Shown: one piece after another, positions 60,197 through 64,000 of the stretch
Position numbering within the stretch: the stretch's first letter is position 1
Layout of the letters: each line of letters opens with the position of its first letter
Source: an uncultured Hoeflea sp.
GTDB taxonomy: Bacteria > Pseudomonadota > Alphaproteobacteria > Rhizobiales > Rhizobiaceae
Direction: 5' to 3' (one strand)
Assembly: GCF_963975635.1 (NCBI RefSeq)
Contig: NZ_CAXBIE010000014.1
Length of the DNA stretch: 64,000 bases
Translations under genes and position numbers: made by a program
Notes under the pieces: model-generated
Seen by the model: only the letters and a program-made list of their open reading frames with translations
Told to the model about the DNA's origin: nothing
The model's database searches: none

Positions 60197-61171
60197 CTAC
60201 CGACCGGCGATCCAGGTGGCTGTTTCTTTCGCCAGCCTGTCGGTGGTGGACGGCGACAGCGCGTCTCCGGCAATGACATGGTGGCTGAGGTCATCGTCAT
60301 CAGTGACTTCGATGATCCTGGTCGCCGCGCCCCATTGGGCGGCTTTGGAAGCCACCAGTTCGGGCCGGATGACCTGATCGAGCGGCGAATAGACAAACAG
60401 CGACGGGATGGTGATGCTGCCGGGGTGTGCCGCATCGGCGAGTTTGACCAGTGAGGCCATCGGCAGGAGGGCGATGCTCGGATAGTCGGATGTCCAGTAT
60501 TGGGCGTGCAACGGTGTCCGCGTCTCGAACGACCGGCGGTCGCCGATGATCAGCTGCACCATCTGCCTGGCCCATGGCATGCCAAGCAGGGTCGATCCCG
60601 TCGCTTGAAGCCCGAAATTCGGCGAGAACTGGACCAGGCCAGCAACATCGCGCATCAACTCCGGCTGGGTTGCAGCCCAGGTGGTGAGTGATGCACCTGT
60701 CGAAGTGGCGATGATGATGACGCGCTCGCCCAGCCGGCGTCCGATGGCAACAGCTTCCGCAAAGTCGTTGACCCAGCCATGAACCGAGCCGTCGAGCATG
60801 GCGTCGCCGCTGCGGCCGTGCCCCTTCAGACGGGCATAATAGAGATTTGCACCGAGGTCTTTTGCCACCAGATCGGGCAGCGGGCGCAGTTCACCGGAAC
60901 TGGCCGAGAAGCCGTGGATGTAGACAATGGCGATCGGGGTGCGGGCGCGTGATGCTGGGTAAGCCCAGACGATCTGCCGTTCATTGCCTGGGCGCAGGTC
61001 CTCGAACCGCGCTTCGGAAGCGGCCAAGTATGCGTCAATATCGTCAGGCAGGGTTGTTTCGTCAAATTCAACCGTGGTGTCGAAGGCGGGGCGTGGCCCG
61101 AGCAGGAAAGCGACAATGCCGACGACACTCAAAAAACCAATGACATAGAATGCCATGCGTATCCTCGACAT
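60197..61171 (-). CDS. membrane-anchored alpha/beta hydrolase (esterase/lysophospholipase-like)
   Basis: N-terminal TM, YIHGFSAS, RLKGHG, nucleophile motif ATSTGA. Confidence 0.85.
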   Translation of the reverse strand: MSRIRMAFYVIGFLSVVGIVAFLLGPRPAFDTTVEFDETTLPDDIDAYLAASEARFEDLRPGNERQIVWAYPASRARTPIAIVYIHGFSASSGELRPLPDLVAKDLGANLYYARLKGHGRSGDAMLDGSVHGWVNDFAEAVAIGRRLGERVIIIATSTGASLTTWAATQPELMRDVAGLVQFSPNFGLQATGSTLLGMPWARQMVQLIIGDRRSFETRTPLHAQYWTSDYPSIALLPMASLVKLADAAHPGSITIPSLFVYSPLDQVIRPELVASKAAQWGAATRIIEVTDDDDLSHHVIAGDALSPSTTDRLAKETATWIAGR

Positions 61172-61316
61172 GAATTTTCTCGTGCTCTGTTCCTGTCCGT
61201 AACATCATTGCCGGCCTGGGCAATCGTTGACGTGACAGTAGATCACGGAATGTCAGCTCGCAATCGGTCTTTGGTGTCGTTGCAGCTTTTCAATCCGGCG
61301 CAATGTATCCCGGAAA

Positions 61317-61640
61317 TCAGTCTGCTGATTTGGCGTCCTCGATCAGCTTGTAGTAACTCTTGACCTTGGCTTCGGTGTTTGAGGACAGTGCCAGCGACAC
61401 GCCGACCCTCGGGCTGCGGCTCCAGCGCACGGTTCCAGTCAGATGGCCCATTTCTTCGGTTTTGAAGTGAATTTCATCACCGAAAGTAACGGGAATATCG
61501 CGCGACAGGTAAAGGCCGGCTCCAAGCTTGGAGAGGTCAAGAACGGAACCGGGAGTCTTATTTCCCTTGCAGTCGATTTTGGCTCGCATCCGGGTTTTAT
61601 CCCTGGGATGTGCGCGGCCCACATGATTTTTCATGACCAT
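61317..61640 (-). CDS. single-domain PilZ protein
   Basis: RAHPR (RxxxR) and DLSKLG (DxSxxG) c-di-GMP motifs. Confidence 0.85.
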   Translation of the reverse strand: MVMKNHVGRAHPRDKTRMRAKIDCKGNKTPGSVLDLSKLGAGLYLSRDIPVTFGDEIHFKTEEMGHLTGTVRWSRSPRVGVSLALSSNTEAKVKSYYKLIEDAKSAD

Positions 61641-61911
61641 ACGCCCTCTGTTTCCTGTCGAAGCTCAACAGTGCCATCGACCTGTGTGGAAAGACTTAAT
61701 GCCAGCCCCGTACTTTGACACTGGAAAGAAGGATATGTTGGGGGATGGAATGACGCGTTTTGCTGCTTTGAACCCGGCATATCTATATGAATTGTTTTGT
61801 TATTTTTCATTGGGTCGTCGATGTGGCTGTTGTCCATGCCTGTGCCTGGGGCGGCCACGAGAGCGCACCGTGCCGTTATGAGACAGGTTGACCGGTTTGC
61901 GAGACGGACTT

Positions 61912-62229
61912 TTACGCCGGCTGCCGGTTGTGCAGGAACATCTTGTAGTAGCTTTCCACCTTGGCGCGGTTGTTTGAGGTCAGCACCAAAGCCGCACCGA
62001 TGCGCCCGCCTCTCATCCAGCGTATCGTGCCGATGAGAAGGCCCATTTCCTCGGTTTCGACATTGATCTTGTCGCCGCGGGCCATGGGGATGCTTGTGTC
62101 CAGTTTCAGGCAGATCCCTTGCGGGGAAAGATCGACCACCGCTCCGGTGGATTTCTGACCCATGCAGTCAATCCTGGCTTTCACGCTTGTCTTGTCCCGC
62201 TGTATCGAGCGGCCAGTTGATCCCGTCAT
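61912..62229 (-). CDS. single-domain PilZ protein
   Basis: RSIQR (RxxxR) and DLSPQG (DxSxxG); paralog of 61317-61640. Confidence 0.85.
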   Translation of the reverse strand: MTGSTGRSIQRDKTSVKARIDCMGQKSTGAVVDLSPQGICLKLDTSIPMARGDKINVETEEMGLLIGTIRWMRGGRIGAALVLTSNNRAKVESYYKMFLHNRQPA

Positions 62230-62401
62230 CGCAATTAATCCTGTGGCTTATTTGCCGGGCAGTGTCGCATTCTCGGGTAATCAAATTGCTAAGCCTTCGG
62301 CAGAAAGACAATAAACCGCTAATTGCCGCCGGCCTTCAGGCTGGTGATGCTTCTCCCCTTACAGCACACACAGGGTGCCGGAAGGGGAAGCATGCACCGG
62401 A

Positions 62402-64000
62402 CTACAACGTGATCCGGAAAAGCGCGAAGCCGTCGTTGCCTTCGCCGGCGGGTTCAATGGCGACGCCCTCGATGCCCTCGACAAACTCCGTGGCCCTGGG
62501 ACCGCTTGAAAACAGCACCGTTGCGCCTGCTACCGGAGCAAAGCGCCAGTTGCCATCGGCAGAGGGATTGATGGTGCCCTGATCGATGATGTAGCGGACG
62601 ATGACATCGCGGTTGGTGTCAGGGGCCTGGAAGACCACCTTGTCGGGTCCGATTTCCGGGAACTTGCCGCCGCCACCGCCGCGGTAGTTGTTTGTTGCGA
62701 CGACAAATTTCTGCGCCGGATCAACAGGCTGTCCGTTGAAGCCGAGATTTTGAATCCTGCTGGCGCCAGCGTTCTGCAGCTCACCTTTCGCGGTGTATTT
62801 TGCTGGTTGGCTCAAGTCGATCTCGTAGGTGACTCCGTCAATGACGTCGAAGTTGTAGGCCGGGAACTCGCCATTGATCAGTTCGGCGTCGCTGGCTCCG
62901 GGCGCGATCTGGTTGAAGATGCCGGCCGACATTTCCAGCCAGTCCTTGACCTGTGCCCCGTTGATCACCACAGCCTGCACGGTGTTGGGGTAAAGATAGA
63001 GATCGGCAACATTCTTGATGGCGATGTCGCCGGCGGGAACATCGGTGTAGTAGTCCGCGCCGCCGCGACCGCCGGCCTTGAAAGGCGCGGCTGCCGAAAG
63101 CACCGGCAGATCCTTCCACTCGGTGTCCTTGAGCATGTCGGTGACATACCAGGTCTGGGCCTGGCTGACGATCTGCACGGAGGGATCATCGGCAACGAGA
63201 GCGAAGTAGGAGTGCAGCGGCGCCGATGTCTTGCCGACCGCGGTGCGGACATAGGCAAGGGTCGACTCGTGATCTGCTTTGGCGGCCGCCAGAACCTCCG
63301 GCTTGTCGGCAACCAGAGCGGCGATCTTCCTGTCGACGCGCTCATAGATCGGCCGGGCTTCGGAGCTGTGGCTGACGATCTTCCAGGCGCTGCCGTCGCG
63401 CTCGAGCATCAGGTCGATGAGCCCGAGATGCGATCCCCAGAAGCCGCCCATGACGCCGGGCTTGCCGGATATGGTGCCCTTAGCGTTGTCGACGCCAGCG
63501 ACGCCGTCAAACTTCGGCCCCGGGAAATCGAGATGGCTGTGGCCGGTGACGATGGCATCGATGCCGGGCACGGCGGCCAGCGGCACAGAGGCGTTTTCGA
63601 GGTTCTCCGCCCAGTCCTGCTGGCCGATGCCGGAATGCGACAGCGCGATGACGATGTCGGCACCTTCTTCGCGCATTTGCGGCACCCATGCCTCAGCCGC
63701 CTTGACAATGTCGCGGGTGGCGGCGTTGCCGGCCAGGTGCCGGGCGTCCCAGGTCATGATCTGCGGCGGGACAAAGCCGATCAGGCCGATCCTGATCTGA
63801 TGTTGTGCGCCCGCGCCATCTTTTATGGTGCGATCAAGGATCGTGTAGGGCTTGAGGAACAGATCATCATCGCGCGGGTTTTCAGCAAGCGCGCCCTTGG
63901 CAAGGTTGGCGCAGACCATCGGGAAATTCGCGCCGGAGATGACCTTGAACATGAAGTCCAGGCCGTAGTTGAACTCGTGGTTGCCCAAGGTTCCGCCATC
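62402..64000 (-). CDS. cpdB: 2',3'-cyclic-nucleotide 2'-phosphodiesterase/3'-nucleotidase (5' end outside window)
   Basis: GNHEFNYG, SHSG, TGHSH, SAAAPFKAGGRGG, LYLYPNT, YNFDVIDGV, ATNNYR. Confidence 0.95.
   Translation of the reverse strand, partial: DGGTLGNHEFNYGLDFMFKVISGANFPMVCANLAKGALAENPRDDDLFLKPYTILDRTIKDGAGAQHQIRIGLIGFVPPQIMTWDARHLAGNAATRDIVKAAEAWVPQMREEGADIVIALSHSGIGQQDWAENLENASVPLAAVPGIDAIVTGHSHLDFPGPKFDGVAGVDNAKGTISGKPGVMGGFWGSHLGLIDLMLERDGSAWKIVSHSSEARPIYERVDRKIAALVADKPEVLAAAKADHESTLAYVRTAVGKTSAPLHSYFALVADDPSVQIVSQAQTWYVTDMLKDTEWKDLPVLSAAAPFKAGGRGGADYYTDVPAGDIAIKNVADLYLYPNTVQAVVINGAQVKDWLEMSAGIFNQIAPGASDAELINGEFPAYNFDVIDGVTYEIDLSQPAKYTAKGELQNAGASRIQNLGFNGQPVDPAQKFVVATNNYRGGGGGKFPEIGPDKVVFQAPDTNRDVIVRYIIDQGTINPSADGNWRFAPVAGATVLFSSGPRATEFVEGIEGVAIEPAGEGNDGFALFRITL

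Overview
Chromosomal segment of a GC-rich alphaproteobacterium; gene order and motifs point to Hyphomicrobiales/Rhizobiales (genus not determinable here). Housekeeping backbone: end of the nuo operon (nuoM, nuoN), birA, rnj, mce, proS, lolC/E and lolD, a complete suf Fe-S cluster with an Irr/ICE box, a GcvT-family oxidoreductase, tamAB, msrB-msrA-selO plus a cation:proton antiporter, class II ribonucleotide reductase nrdJ, two chemoreceptors, gpt, wrbA, tRNA-Leu(UAA), trkH, ilvA, two PilZ proteins and the 3' part of cpdB. Accessory or unexplained parts: (1) About 0.9 kb downstream of nrdJ holds a dense DnaA-box cluster and tandem NrdR boxes over a leftward promoter. It points, through a hairpin-rich leader, at two micro-protein genes, one missed by the ORF track. 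This is my best candidate for an undescribed system. (2) A 4.9-kb AT-richer islet at tRNA-Leu has 17-bp att direct repeats, arm-type repeats, an IHF site and a C-terminal integrase remnant, and carries three unknown exported proteins or lipoproteins. (3) A solitary low-GC SLATT/DUF4231-like 2TM gene. (4) Several palindromic intergenic elements and a probable alpha-r9 sRNA. Family assignments come from motif recognition and synteny recalled from memory; no database searches were run.
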